This document shows, in pieces, positions 1-14,200 of a DNA stretch of 64,000 bases. Source of the DNA: Neoechinorhynchus agilis (lineage: Eukaryota > Animalia > Acanthocephala); NCBI GenBank assembly GCA_051530055.1, contig CM121342.1, forward strand, positions 2,390,797 to 2,454,796. Direction: 5' to 3'. The stretch's first letter is position 1; every line of letters starts with the position of its first letter. The notes under the pieces are model-generated. The model was given only the letters and a program-made list of their open reading frames with translations, searched no databases and was not told the origin of the DNA. The translations under genes were made by a program, and so were the position numbers.

Positions 1-2028
1 CGTTTTGTGTCTCCTACCCTAAAGAGATAAATGTTTAGCAGAATGTGCCGCCGGGTTTTATGTATATAATGAAAAAGATGATGTTTTTCGTCTGTAGTAA
101 TGAAAGGAAACATTCTATTGCTCTTTTAATGAACCTTTGCACGTCGCAAGAAGACGAATGAAATACCTCTGATGATTTTCCGCCCTCCCGTTGATGAACT
201 GAACAAAGTCTCGTCAGTCGATGGAAATTATCCTAGCATCGAGGTTTTCGCAAGAAGCGGCATTAATGAAAAGCATGTCTCTATTATAAAAACTCTTCTA
301 TTCGCAGAGGCTTCTGAGATTTGTTGACTTTTCAACCAATGAGAATGTATTGAAAATGCCGAACTTGTGATAGCCGCCGATAAATTTTATAAAGTTTGTC
401 GGCAAAATCTTGGTTTATTAAATCGTTCGAGTCTTAAGGGTTAAAGATTGCTTCGGAATAAACGTCATGTACCAAAAATGGAGTTTCGTTAATACATTAA
501 CCTTTAAATCTTTTCAGCTTTACAAAATGAGATTAAAAATTAACATTTTTTACTTATGGAATACTATGCACGTTTGTTTCGAATTTAAAGAAATTACGCT
601 GTTTCCTACGTATAAAAAAAGTGAAGTCCAATAAAAGTATCCATATTTACCAATCTTGTAATATCAAAGGTTTGTAGGCAAATTTTCGAAACATTTTTTA
701 ACGATTAAAGCATAATTGAGGACCTTCTTAAATTGAACGAGCATTTTGTACGTAGATTTTCCCATTTAGTGAAAATTGCGTTTTAATACAAATAATCAAA
801 CATATGAATTCCAAAACTAAAATCGCACAATGCCATTTAAATTTTTGAAAAAATATATCTGCTGTTAGCTTTTAATGTTTGTCGCTAGTGTATTCAGCGC
901 CGATGGTGCAAAAAAGTGTCACCGTTTAGTACACTAAAAGCTTTCTTGAACATTTTTACGCTATAAAACGAATTGTAAGGATTATTGTGGTAATTTCTTT
1001 TACTATCGCCTAATTATTGATTCGCACAACAAGAGATCGGTAGGCCATGCTCTCTTGCATTAATCCATAAAAAAAATTTATGCAGTACGTCGTCTTCGGT
1101 TAATTTTTCTTTAATTAAACAGATTCGTTTCCTTTGAGGAAGATAAATAAAATGTTAGTCTGATACTCGCATCTATGTTCCGAGTTATTTAAAAAATTAT
1201 TTCCAAAGTTAGCCTGATAAAAAGATAAAAGATTTGGGAGAATTTATGCTCATTTTTGAGAAAATCTGTTCTTGCTTGGTTGTGTATTTTGCCATCTTGA
1301 TTTTTATTAGAAATGAAATGGTCAACCATAAATTCGATTATCAACGTGAATTTTTGTATTATTAAGAGTAATGCTAAAATGACGACCGGAAGCTTGAAAG
1401 AAATATTCATACTTCATATCTCCTTTTTATCTCGATCATCTTGAGAGAACTGAGAATTTAACAGAAATTAACATTTATGCAAGATTTCCACTTTGACATA
1501 TAGACAGAAATTCTATTTAATCAGACTAAAGGTATTACTCTTTCCAATAAAACAAAACAATTATTAATTTTCAGTATTATGATTTTTTATTTAAGATTGC
1601 TTTGATTTGATGAAATCTAAAATTAACTTTCATTGTTTGATATTAATGTGGCATTTAAGTTTCAAAAATTTATTCCGTGTTATTTATTAATTTACACAAA
1701 ATCATCTCAAATTTAAGCAAGTTTCGCTAGAATAAGAAGATCTTTTATTGGCGCTTATAACTGTAAGACTCAACGATAAATATTTAAAAAAAAACCTTAT
1801 TTGCGATTGATAGCAAGAAATTCCGCAAATTTTATAAGTGCACTTTCTGTAAATTTATTCGAGAGTTAATCGGCGTACAAAAGTATCTTACCTATGAAAA
1901 TAAAATACTTAGTTTAAAGACGTTAAGTTGTAAGTCAGGAGAAGAAAAGGTATTCTTACCATCCATGTTGCATACCTTTTACACAGCCATAAACTTAGAC
2001 GGATTGTCGTGAACCTTCAGGTCGACGC

Positions 2029-2650
2029 TTAAAAAGAAATTGTCGCTAATTTTGTCAAATTTTGCGTTAAACTAGACATTATCATATTTTTAAAGCCGTT
2101 ATTCAATTTAAATTTGGTCTGAGGATTTTTCAAAACAAGTTTTTTATTACGCCTTGCAAAGCGTTTGAGATCGTGGAAGGATTTACTTACACAATAAGAT
2201 CTTCCGACTGCTCTATGAGCCATCTTTATGTGTTTTGTGACTTCTTCAAGGAAAACACAGACTGTCGCGAATGCTTCAGATTGTCCAGCTCATTTTTCGC
2301 TGATATTTCTTTTGTTATCAGTCCGCGTTCTGGCGATGTCAGATTTACGATTACTTTGCAAGCTTACACTTTTCCTGTTTTCCTTATCACTGACATACAT
2401 CTCCCTCGATGTCTAAGATAATGCCCTTTTTGATCATGGAAGTGTCTCTTTTGGAGGAATGATTCTGCTTCCAAGTAAGAAAAAATATTCTCGGATATCA
2501 GAGCTGCTAACGATAGCCTTACAATCCGATGTTTGACGCAATGCACTGTCGAGAATTTCGGTATTAATGGCAGCGGAATTTAAAATATGTGTTTTTCCTG
2601 TAATCCCGCATTCCTTCTTCAATATCGTTTCGAAAACATAAATATGATCT
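2029..2650 (-). pseudogene. Possible decayed coding sequence of unknown family
   Basis: ORFs 2434..2622 and 2029..2223 are in the same frame. The ~200-codon stretch has only three internal stops (TGA, TAG, TGA). No family recognised. Confidence 0.3.
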
Positions 2651-3379
2651 TAAAGACTCTTTTGTTGTGCTTTGTAATCTTCTTATGCACATTTTGTTTG
2701 GTTAGTTCTTTTCAAATCGATTGCGGATTATCTAAATCCTAACGGCATCAATGAGATTCGTGCAGTGCACGAGGACATTTTTAATCGAACACGAAGTTTT
2801 CATATTGGTTTAAAGTAGTATAAAGGAATTGATATGGCTTATTAAAAAATTAGTCTTAAAATCTTGGAAACATTAAAAAAAATTGCGATTACACAATGAG
2901 ATTTAAAGTTACGATAAATTTTATCAGACTTGCTGTGGACTATGCGTTGTGGAAATAATTTTAGAATGCCGTGATATTTAAGCATAATTTTACTACCGAA
3001 TATGTAACAAAGATAATAGCTGATGATTCGTCGCAAATTTAAGATTATTAATTGTTTGTTTATTGCGTAAATTTTTTAAAGAATTTATTGGAATCGAAGT
3101 AGCTCACATATTTAAAAGCTTACAAGCAACCTTTATAAAAGCGTTCAAGATTGTGGCGAAATATCGGAATAAATAAAATGCTTTTGTTTTTACGCCATAA
3201 ACAAATGTGAGTAGTTGAATCTTCAAACAGATTATAAATTGTATTCCCTTAATGATTACACGGAATTTTAAATTTAATTTTATCTTTCATTTAGAAAATT
3301 AATAATTTTCATTCCTCCCTCTCAATTCTCCCTCTTTAAGCACTCGCATAACGATTAAATATTATGAAGGATTAACTTG

Positions 3380-3688
3380 CTATTGTTTTCTTTTAAAGAT
3401 TCCAAACACCTTGTTCTTCATCCCATTAATTCTATCAAATATCATTTGTCTCGTCTCGGGAACTTTTGGATTTAAAGTGTAATCGTAGGTCGTTACCTTG
3501 TAATCCTTGTCAGGAAATTCGGATATCAGGAGCACATAACTGTTGATGTCAAATATAAAAAACATCCATGATCGTAATATATTTGCGAATATCAAATAGC
3601 AAGACACTAGTGGGAGTTTTATCATGTTGAATAGCTCTAAGTACGGTACAACCCTTTTTTGTCTAACAGTACTGGAACCTGAACCCAT
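3380..3688 (-). CDS. Small hypothetical protein with an N-myristoylation-like start
   Basis: 102-aa ATG ORF beginning MGSGSS (MGxxxS consensus), with a central hydrophobic stretch and a basic C-terminus. Confidence 0.45.
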   Translation of the reverse strand: MGSGSSTVRQKRVVPYLELFNMIKLPLVSCYLIFANILRSWMFFIFDINSYVLLISEFPDKDYKVTTYDYTLNPKVPETRQMIFDRINGMKNKVFGIFKRKQ

Positions 3689-4894
3689 TTTTTTGCAATT
3701 TGTCTTTTTTCAGCGAACGTAAGTTTCGTTTTTAGATAGAAATATAACTGCGAATATAAGACAAAGAAAGTTTTTATGACTTCACCATCTCCTGCAGGTT
3801 AGAAAATATGGTAACTATTTTATTTGTCATATATCATTGTCACCGGGATGAATTTCATTGCACGTTGGCGAATCCTATCCCCGGTGTTGTCCTTTCAGCG
3901 TTTTGAATGTATCCTTTTGTCTTTTTTCCAAAGAAAAGTGACATTGAGGGGTGTTGATTTTAAAACTCCTTTTCTTCGCTTGCATTTCGGAACAATAAGA
4001 ACGTGGATGTCATCTTTTGTGCTCTAGTTCTTGACATTTTCTAGACAAAAGAGTTACCAGCGTTTTTACCATAAGAACCATTGAAACAGTGAAATTCAAT
4101 TTTACAAAATTTAAATTTTAGCTTTTTAATTCTTTTATTTGTTGAAAGTGGTAAAAATAATGGGTTTCTAACTAATAATGCTGATAGTGTTGATCAATAT
4201 GTCCAAATGCAAATATTCAGGTTTTTGATTGATGTTAACCCTTCTTTATATTTTAGACAATCAACCTCAATTTTAAATGAATCGAACTCATCTTTCATTT
4301 TTGATAGAGTGCATTTTTGGTTGCAGCTCGCCCCTCGGCCGATTTGTTTTATAAAACGGAGAAAAAATTACTGGAACATTTAATTTTTATATTCATCAAA
4401 CACAACAATCCAGCCGAGGAATTCGCTTTAAAGATTCCATTTCGATTTCTCTCAATGTTCGCGCAGCGTTGGAAATTTTAAATTTTTGAAGATCTCTATT
4501 AATGGAGCAAAGATGCCTTTTTTACTTAATGTGAATGTATTGAATTTGAAGTAAACACCTTCTTGCGATTTATAAAAAAATATTTGTGCACCGTAAGGGA
4601 AATGGCGGTAAATATTTGATCACTCAAACTAGACAATGGAACAATCGGTTTATATTAATTGCAAATAATATTTATTGGAAGAATAAGATTTATTCGAGAA
4701 AGCGAACACAAAGATTCAGTAGTAGCTACATTGAATTATCGTACCCGGATGAATTATAAGTCTATCCACTTTACTTAATCGCTACCCGAGAGGGATCCTG
4801 AGAAATTCGTTTGTACTTTCCCTCAAAGGCAATGCCTTTAAAATTTTCCTTCCTCAAACGCCTCCTCCATTTAGGAAATCCTTATCTTACTCCT

Positions 4895-5414
4895 TTACAA
4901 CCTATCAAAATCGAAGTTTTTAGAAAGCCAAAAATTAGCGATGTACGACGATTTTAAATCAAATCTTTTATGAAAAATCGGCATGCAATTAACCGCATCT
5001 AGGGACGCAGGACAACCTTCGGAATGGTGTTGTATGAGGGATTCGATGAATGCATATGAATCAGTTGCGCGAATGATTTCATTGGTCCGCTGATTCGATG
5101 GATCGTTAAAGTCATCAACTAGTACATTCAACCCAGAGTAGTGAGATTCCTCAAAATAAATTTTGTGTTTGGCACCCGTCAGTCTTATTTCCAACTAGAC
5201 AGATTGAAAAAATTACATAGGTCATATAAGACGAAACAACTTCGAAAATTCATTTAGGCTAAAGATGACCTTTGAAAATGGAAAGTATATCTTGTGAGTG
5301 ATTCAGTAATGGTGGGTATACGGAGATTACCTTATCGGTTATTAAAAGACTGAGATTGTGAACTGAGTTTCCTACATCAAAGCAATATCGCCACGCAGTA
5401 AATCTCAGTGCAAT
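4895..5414 (-). CDS. Two in-frame exons of an unidentified gene (partial)
   Basis: Exon 5414-5331 (cctag| ... |gtaatc) splices in phase 0 to 5194 (gtctag|ttg), giving IALRFTAWRYCF...TDK-LEIRLTGAKH...; upstream exons not resolved. Confidence 0.4.
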
Positions 5415-7747
5415 CTAGGAACTCCTAAACGCCCGCCTTTACAGCTACTCTTTCTTATTAAACCATGAATCCAATTTAGAACAAACCGTGGTTCGTTCGT
5501 CTATTACACTTGACAAATGTTTTGTCGTCTTCAATAACGACATATATAATCGAAGATGACACTTTACTTGACTATCGCCATCATCATCAAATCGAAATGA
5601 TTGGATGGACGTTTGGATTTTATCGTTATTGGACTAGGTTATTTTTTAAAATGGAGTTCCAAGTATGGGGATTCATGATTTTTGATTAAATAATATTGGA
5701 TTGCATTGGGATCTATAACTCCTTCTTATCAGCAGATATTGGTGTGTTCAATGTATTAAATTGAGTGTATGCGATTTAAAATAAATAAAAATGTATTAAT
5801 AGCCGGCCGCTTGCCACCATTCGTTGCAACGGTAAGTTTCGCGCGCATGGTTGACCATCGGTTCGGCAACTTAAATCCTAAGTAGGATATTTGTGCTATA
5901 GTTTTTGGCATATATAAAGTTTATTGCAAAGAAACTTCATAAAATTAAAGCTTACATGTTTCGCGACGTGAAGGAGATACTTGCAATCGATTAAGTGAAA
6001 ATAATAATCTATTTTGTTAACAAGTAAAGTTTGTTAATATTTTGGTCCGTCCACTATACCCGAGAGCGATCGTTAAGGTGTTCCCACTCATTGATTCAGT
6101 CATTATCAATTCAAATTGTTAGTTTCACATTTCCCCAATATTCATTAGTCTTTATAGATTGTAATAAATCGTTATCTTGAGCATTTGCCTAAAGAACCGG
6201 TTCGATAATTGTTGTTTATTCCCATGAAAAACTTGACTGAGTTCTTTTTATCGAATCTCAATAAAGCAAAGTTTATAAATTCTGAAAGGATGTGAGCACT
6301 GAGGTGTATTTTTCACAAACTTGCAAGCACTTTTTAATCGAAACTCTTCTTCGCGCCAAAATTTGAACGATTTAATAATGTATTGTAATCCACAGAATCA
6401 CAACCACATACACACAGAATTTAGGGTATTACGATTGTAGTTCAAGTTCATACGCCCTGATCGGCGCATAAATTGATATTTTAAAGATATTCTTAAACAA
6501 TGTCACTGTTTGCATGAAGATGGCTATCGCAGCACCAATTATTCGGCATAGAAGTAAATTTGGCGTAAATATCAACGATAAAAAGTCGACCATTTTTGCA
6601 GTTTAAGGTTGTTCGAAACAGATCTCATTGCTATAGCAGTTCTTTTTAAATTCGGAGAAACATACTAGTCATCGTATACTCATTGACGCCTCCAAAAAAC
6701 AGAACTGCTTGGTAAGCATTGCCGTTTTTATTCTAGTAAATTTTCGAAAAAGGAGGAATTCTAGTCGAAAATTGTTGAAAACTGAGAGTTCCTTGATATT
6801 TTTGGGTTCATCGGTGCGATTTATTCGATGTTCATCTTGGGTTTTCATGTATATAAAATTGTTTTTGAATGGACTTTATTTGTTCATTAAAAAATCGATG
6901 ATATATTTGACAACTTTAGCCGCTGAATGAAGTGATGAGTCCCGTATCCTCGGGGAAGCATCTGAGAGTCCGGAGGGATTCTTACAAACTTATAACTTTA
7001 TACTCATGGGCATTGAACGCAGACCAGCGCTTTCCTAAGCCGGATCGGTGAACTGTGTGTCCATCATAATTTTGCCGTGCATGGTAAAAACCATTATATA
7101 CTTCTCGATGGAAAAAGCAACTGGCTGAGCCACGCATAAAGACGCTAAAATATATATCGGACTCTGATTTTTTGTCTATCGTTATCTATCCAGATAATTG
7201 TCGACTGTAGAAATATCAGCAACTTAATCATCTTGCATATATATTAATAATCGGAAATCGGCATGAATAATTTTTTTAGATTATTGCAAAATTTTTATGA
7301 TCATATATCAACACGTGTCTAATTAAGGATGCATTTGATTAAGACTTTAAATGGTCATTAAGGTCACAATCTCATAATGAAGGTCTTTCATACTTTACTG
7401 CGCTCAAGAAATATCTTATACTGCGGCGAATTGGAAAGTTATTTAATATTTTCGAATGACATGTTTATTTTTTTAAGAGTCGTTTTATTTTCAATTTTTT
7501 CCATTCGTTTTTTACTCCTCTTCGCTCTAATTGGTCCGTTTCAAGATAATTTTAGTGCCTTTTCTATCTTCGCCGGTTTTACACACGCGCGAGCACAAAA
7601 TTCAACCAATAAAAATGCAGCTATTTTTTATGTGTTTGCAAAATCTGGGCGTAACAATACGGAACCCCCTTATTCTGTTTCTTCGCTATACCTCAGATTT
7701 TTACTTCAAAAACATAAAATAAGAAACTAGTGAGAAACATTACGAAA

Positions 7748-8461
7748 ATGCAGACTCAGGCACTGAATAATTGGTTAAAATATTTGATAGCCGCATTGGC
7801 CGTGATTATTATTTTTATATCAATAACCATCTACTCAGATCCTCCAAAATCATTTCGAACATTTGACTGTAATGTAATTTAATTTCAATTAGACGCGTAA
7901 ATCTTTATCGTACAGATAAACCAATCATTGGAGTCGCAATAGCCAGCGTATTATTTTCTCGAAATTACTACAACGCAAACCGATCAAAGAGTCTAATGAG
8001 GGTGGCCACTGAATTATCACTCATCTTTATAACATTATCAGGTTCGATTTTTCTTTTCTTCAAAAAGTATTCATCGTTTAGTATTTCCTCAAATTACGTT
8101 ACTGCCGGTGTTTATTTACACGGAAAGACGGATCTCAATCCGCAGTTTCTCGCTTGCAGTAAGCCTTTCTGTGTCATCGTTCGCTGCATTGGCAGCAGTG
8201 GTTGCTATTTATCTTCAAATTGAAGCTGAGATCCCTTATCCACGACAAAGAACAATCAGACAAAGGTAAATGTATACATTTTGAATCGTTATTCTTTACT
8301 TTTAAAACCTAAGAATAACAATTACCCGCGTAAGACGTTATCAGGCGCCACCGCCACCATCTCAAACGGAGATTGAGGAGGGCCGTAGACGGGACAATTT
8401 TGCGGATTTTAACGATCTCCCAAGACGGTATCGACGGATAATGATGCAACTTGCAGAGTGA
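7748..8461 (+). CDS. Four-exon orphan multi-pass membrane protein, 192 aa
   Basis: Exons 7748-7868, 7916-8041, 8082-8265, 8314-8461 join in frame via GT-AG introns of 47, 40 and 48 nt. It has 3-4 hydrophobic segments and a proline-rich C-terminal tail (YQAPPPPSQ). Confidence 0.65.
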
Positions 8462-8740
8462 TGAGAATGCGAGAATTCATGTAATAATTTGTTTGTGTTT
8501 AAAAAATTAAGTTTTATAACTTAAAAATACCCTGAACTTTAAGAACGAAAAAGTGTCATTTTTACCTAATATTTATACTTTTGTAAACAAATCCATTAGA
8601 ATCTTTTGCAAAACCTGGATGTAAAGAGCATAAAGTGGGTTCCAATCAAAAAAGAAGAAATGCCAATTAGTGTTTGTTATAAAATAAAACAAAGTAAAAA
8701 ACATAGTGTCATATATCATTGTCCTCGGGTTGAATTTGAT

Positions 8741-8922
8741 TGTACGTTGGAGATTCCTGTCCCCGGTGTTGTCGTTACTCATTTATTTATTTGAGAAATA
8801 TTTCGCAAGGTTTTCCTTGCCTCTTCTGTCTCTAAAATGGAGATGACATTAACAGCTTTCTATAATAAATAAATAAATAAATGAGTAACGACAACACCGG
8901 GGACAGGATTCGCCAACGTACA
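8741..8922. mobile_element. MITE-like fold-back element
   Basis: ~52-bp inverted arms at 8741-8792 and 8871-8922 (2 mismatches). A related sequence lies at 3826-3895. Confidence 0.65.
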
Positions 8923-9189
8923 ATAAAAAAACATAGTGACGAAAGATTATGCAAATTCCTTTGAAATATATAGACTGAACAGTACTTGGGTAACATTCTT
9001 CGAATTGAGAGACAAGAAGTGATATTAGGCAGAATAAAATAAACTTTGATTTTTTATTTTAGTTCATTTTGCATTGATACACTTACTCTACTAAAGAACC
9101 TCAAATAGGATTTGTATAATTTTTCCCTAATCCATGCAAATCGAGTAGAGGAAATAAGAAAAGCTCTTCGTAAATAGGACATGACAGCC

Positions 9190-10670
9190 GAGTTTTTATA
9201 CCTCATCGGTTGGTGACTTGACCATTGTGGTGGTCCCCATGGTAGATTCTCCTTGCGATAAAGTGAAGTAGTAACTTTGCCTTGTGCAGATGCTTGACAA
9301 GGACGTCCAGAAACGAAACCTCACCGTTGATGTTCTCTTCATTGACTGTCCACTGGATGTAAAGATCTTGAGTGTTAAGTTCAGCATTTGGAGAATCTCT
9401 GTTGTTGTTTGAATCAGTCAGAATGAATACATCGTCCACATAACGCCGCCAACTATTTACATAACTATGAAGCTCCAAGAAAGTGGACTCCCAATCCCGC
9501 ATGTAGATGTCGGCCGAGGTCGGGGCTAATGGCGATCCCATGGCTACACCATCTTTTTGATCGTACAAAGCACCCTCAAAATTCAAAGGCAGTCATACTC
9601 GTGCATCATTGAATTAGGGACTGCCACGTACCAAGGTCCAAACGTGGTTCACTACAATTCTTCGATAGTAACATAGCCGATAATTCGATCGTTTTAGTCG
9701 ACGGGACGTTGGTGAACAGAGCATTCACCACGGGCCATAAACATTCTGTAGAGCTTAACGTTAATTTTCCTGATCTCAATCGCAAACGTGGGTCCATCTT
9801 TGATGTGCAAGGAAAATGTGCTTAAAATCAATCATAATAAAGCATTCATCCTTTTGGATAGGCGATGATTGAAAGATATAATTGGCTATAATCGGACGGT
9901 ACTGCAGGATGGGTTGTGTATCTTCGGGAGGAGATAGAGAAACGCACATTTAGCCGATGATGATCGCTTCATGTTGTAAAATTGAGGACTAATCACAGAC
10001 CGGTTCAACAAATTCCTGAGAAAACCGTTAAATCTAGTTTCTGTGCTTCTCGTGGGATCTCAAGCCAGCCTCTCAAATTTGTCCGAAGATCCAAAGCCTC
10101 GTTCTGATAACTTTCCATGTCCACAGCTACGAAAGCACGTCCTTTGTCGGATTTGCAAATCACTATTGATGGCACTTCCTTCAGAGACTTCGCAATTACC
10201 ATCTCACCATTATCGTTGCGAACGTTACGACTACGAGCTTTCCTGTCGTAGGCCACTATTGAACTAATCAGCTCTGGATGTGAGTTTATAAGAAGCTCTG
10301 TATCACATCGTATTTTGGTAGATCGAATCTGATGCTTCATAATATAGTCCGGTCCCTTGTTCAGCAAATGCAGTTCCCTTGGGGAAAAGGTGTGTTTTGA
10401 TCTATTCACAAAGTACCCGCGCTCTTCGAATGTTCTTGGTCTTAATTCTTCAAGCCTCCGTAAGTGGTTCATGGTTATATGTTGTTCAGCGATTGATACT
10501 CTTAGATGAGTTAAGGTTTACCTCGCGAAATATTTCCAATAAATCAAAATCAAATAGGTTCCCGAAGGATTTCCTATCGAGGATAAATAAGATTTAATTT
10601 GAGAAATGACCTTGTGGATGAGTGATGATTGCTGCGGAACCCGCCCAAAGAAATCATCATGAAAAACATG
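9190..10670 (-). mobile_element. Penelope-like element, decayed RT region
   Basis: PLE motifs LLNKGPDY, KSDKGRAFVAVD, LPKIH..RPII, ALFTNVP, YDQKDGVAMGSPLAP and WRRYVDDVF are spread over several frames. No GIY-YIG domain seen. Confidence 0.88.
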
Positions 10671-11652
10671 CAAATTAAAAACTTATTTAAAAAAATCTAC
10701 GTTACTGACTACACTTTTTACTTGATCGTTCTCATTTTAGGTTCAATAAGAGCAGGTTAAAGTGAAATATTATCCTAGAGCTTCAGAGAGTGTAGAAAAG
10801 AGTTAATAAACACTAACTGTTTTGATTTACATATGTCAAAATCCAATTTGCCGACCTTTCGAAGCGAAATCAGCTTAATTTTCATTTAAGATCATAAAAT
10901 TATCCGTATTGACGAAATTTAAATTTTCACTCCCGGAAAATATTTGCTAGAACGCAGTATGCTTTAAAAGAATATTGTATAATTTTTTAGAATGGCATAT
11001 TTTCGACAGTAACCTTCATCGTTTTTGATGTTTAATTATTAGGAGATATAAAAAGGGACTTCAAAAATCTTAGAGCGATTGTGCGTTCGCGACTTGTACA
11101 ATAGCCGTGAGATTACCACTTGTTTTTATATGGCGGAAAATTTGATAGGCTTAATAAATTCTTTCAATTTTTTGCCATAAAAAACATGAACATTTCAATC
11201 TTCAAAAAATTAACACTTGCTTTGACACTAGTATTTAAGTTTGAAGAGGAATTTAAGAATTCAAATTGTTGACTTTTGAGATATGGAACGAGTAAAAAAT
11301 GCGATAAAATTGAGAGTTTTTTGACAATTTTATCCGAAATGTGTGAGTAACTCGCAGTATTCCTTTATTAGCGACTTTTTAAAATGCTAATGACTAAAAA
11401 ATGTACAATAAAGTAATGGCGGATGTAGTTATTAGCCTGGAGAAAATTAACGAAAAAGAGAATGTGACGATTGTTAATCAAGAAAATCAAGAACGCCGAG
11501 ACTAGTAAATGTAAGTATTAGAATTAAAACTAATTACCTTCACTTACGATCTACACTATACTTCCATGGAATTTCCAATTAAATGTTTAAAAATTAGGTA
11601 GCGCAAAGGATTTAGGTCTATTGGTCACGATGGATAAATAAAATCGAGATCG

Positions 11653-11712
11653 TCGGTATGTGAGGTACCGGGGTATATGATTGGAATTATTGTTTACAAA
11701 AGTCTTCACAAA
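11653..11712 (-). repeat. 3' portion of the hammerhead-bearing dispersed repeat
   Basis: Reverse complement matches 29213-29262 and 15090-15143 (gtgaagacttttgtaaacaataattccaatcatatacc.ggtacctcacat). Confidence 0.7.
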
Positions 11713-11954
11713 CAGTGAATGAGCCTTATTTCCTTGTCGATCTTCCAGTAACATCTTCATCAGTTGCTGTTGGTTGACCAGAACCTCCTCAATCGTAGCC
11801 AGTCTATTCTGAAGTTCCCCGTCGCCAAATGACATGAGTAACCTTTTTAGTAAAACCTTCGAACAAAACACAAACACCCGGTTTGCTCTCTCGCATTAAT
11901 GGCACGTTGCGCATTAATATCGCTTAGCGCATTGTGCGCTATATCAATCATCCA

Positions 11955-14200
11955 TGACATGGAGGAGCAAGTGGCAGGGAAGGAGTGGGTGTCATAGTAT
12001 CAAAGGATCTAGCGGGCAACGTCGTAGAGGTGACACGAACAAGCGATCGGGTAATGGCGCTGAACGTAAGCGTTGACGGCGAAGCCACAACAATAGTTTC
12101 TGCGTACGCCCCACAAGTCGGTTGTAGTTAAGAATTCATGGAGGACACAGTGTAGGATCGCGGAACGCCGAGGATTTTAGACTATTGGATTACGCAGCAG
12201 CGTTAGAGTTGCGTATTTCCAATACTTCAAAAAAGACCCACGACACCTTTACACATACTCGAGCGGTGGAAGATCAAGTCAAATCGATTTCATTTTGTAT
12301 CCGATAGCGAAGTGGAGTGAAGTTCAGAATGTTAAGATATTACTAGGAGAGGAGTGTGCGATGCAACATAGAGTGCTCGTGATGGACCTCAATATTCGAG
12401 GGAAAGCCAAACAGCCGACAACGAGCATTGCACCTAAAATCAAGTGGTGGAGGCTAAAGGATCCTATACTCAGGGAAAGGATGAAAATGGTGCTTATCCC
12501 GAAATTGAGCGAGAATGTGGCTGAACTGAAACGCTGGTGGAATGAGAGCGTCAAAGCCAAGAGGGAAGCCGACTACAACGAGGGAGTTGTAGAGACATGG
12601 TCTTCAGGTTGGCCAAAGTCAGGGATAAAAAATCGCGGGATATCGTGCACCTCAAAATGATCAGTGATAGTCACGGAACGACGCTGGACCAAAGCAAGGA
12701 CATCTTCGATAGGTGGAAGGAATATTTCAGCACTCTGCTGAACACTGAGAATGACAGACTGCTTCTAGAGGACGTACACCCGAATGTCAATATGACGAGG
12801 CCGTACTCGTACGATGAGGTGGCTACACAGCTCAGGAAAATGAAGACTGGTAGGAGCGGCGGTCCAGAGAACATGCCGATCGAGCTGTGGCGATCCCTGG
12901 GAATCTTCAGAATGAAGTTGCTCACGAGACTTTTAGAAGATAGATTTGGAGGAAAAGAACCCCTCGGAATGGCAGGGAAGCATATTGATACCGATCTTCA
13001 AAGGTAAAGGAGATGTTTTGCAGTGTTGGAGCAACCGCGGCATCAAACTCATGTCTCACACAATGAAACTGTGGGAACGAATGATCGATCACAGGATTAG
13101 CGAGGAGATCCGAATCAGCGAGGATCAGCGGGGATTCATGCCCGACAGAAGCACAATCGATGCAATATTCGTGCTAAGGCAGCCGAGAGGTTCAGTGAAA
13201 TGCAGCGCCCGTTGCACCGTATGTTCGTCGATTTGGAAAGGGCGTACGACACGGTCCCTCGAGATTTGGTGTGGGCATGTCTCAGAAAAAGGAATTGTCA
13301 CGAACACTATGTCGCGGCGATCCAAGCGATGTATCGAGAGTGCTACACCTGCGTGCGATGCCACAGCGGAACCATCGACTATTTCCGAGTCTCCGTGGGT
13401 CTGCAACAGGGTTCGGCCCTGAGCCCATTCTTGTTCCCGGTCGTGATGGACGTCGTAGGAAATGCGGAAAGAGAAATGAACCCACCATGGACGATACAAT
13501 TTGCGGACGCTTTGGTGCTTACGGCTAGGGACGTGGACACGCTCAAGAATTTGCTGAAGAGTTGGCGACAACGATTGGAGAGCAAAGGATTGAGAGTGAG
13601 CAGGCGCAAAACGAAATAAATGGGGCCGGGTAACCTCGATATGCAAGGAACTCAGATCGAAAAGATGAACACATTCAAATATTTGGGCAGCCTGTTGAAC
13701 ATGCATTGTGAGCTCGAACCAGAGATTGGACAAAGAGTTCAATGCGTGTGGAACAACTGGAGGAAGACAACAGGCATCCTTTGCGATAAGCGTCTCCCGA
13801 AACGGCGGGTGTACAAGGCAGTAGTGCGACCCGCCATGCTTTACGGAGCAGAGAAGTGGGCTGCGAAGAAGGAAGACGTTCAACGATTAGCCGTCAACGA
13901 AATGCGGATGCCTAGAAGATCCGCAGGATTGACACGCAAGGATCGAGTGCTCAATGAGGAGGTTCTAAAGCTGTTTGCTGCCGAGCCGATCGAGGAGACA
14001 ATCGCTAAGAGGCGGATGCGATGGTACCTGCAGGTGACAGAAGCAAACGAAGACGCCTGGGTTAAGAGCACACGGAGAATCGAACTCGAGGGGAAAACGA
14101 GAAGAGGGAGGCCCAAGAAGAGGTGGGAGGACAGTAGGAGCGGAGTTTTTCAAGACGCTGGGAACGGAGAACAAAGACGAAAACCGACAATGCTGAAAAG
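11955..14200 (+). mobile_element. RTE-clade LINE with frameshifts and stops
   Basis: APE endonuclease remnants (GVGVIVSKDL, SAYAPQVGC, GRSSQIDFIL, MQHRVLVMD); RT motifs RGIKLMSHTMKLWERMI, DQRGFMP.RST.DAIF, FVDLERAYDTVPR, GLQQGSALSPFLF and QFAD; RTE tail FKYLGS, RMRWY, RGRPKKRW. Confidence 0.92.

Noticed and set aside
165-2650. Alternative genetic code (TGA read-through) suggested by in-frame TGA in coding-like stretches
   Set aside because: Confident genes end with TGA, TAA and TAG and contain no internal stops; decay is the simpler explanation.
12324-14174. Long minus-strand ORFs (e.g. 13125..13883)
   Set aside because: Antisense shadows of the GC-richer RTE coding sequence.
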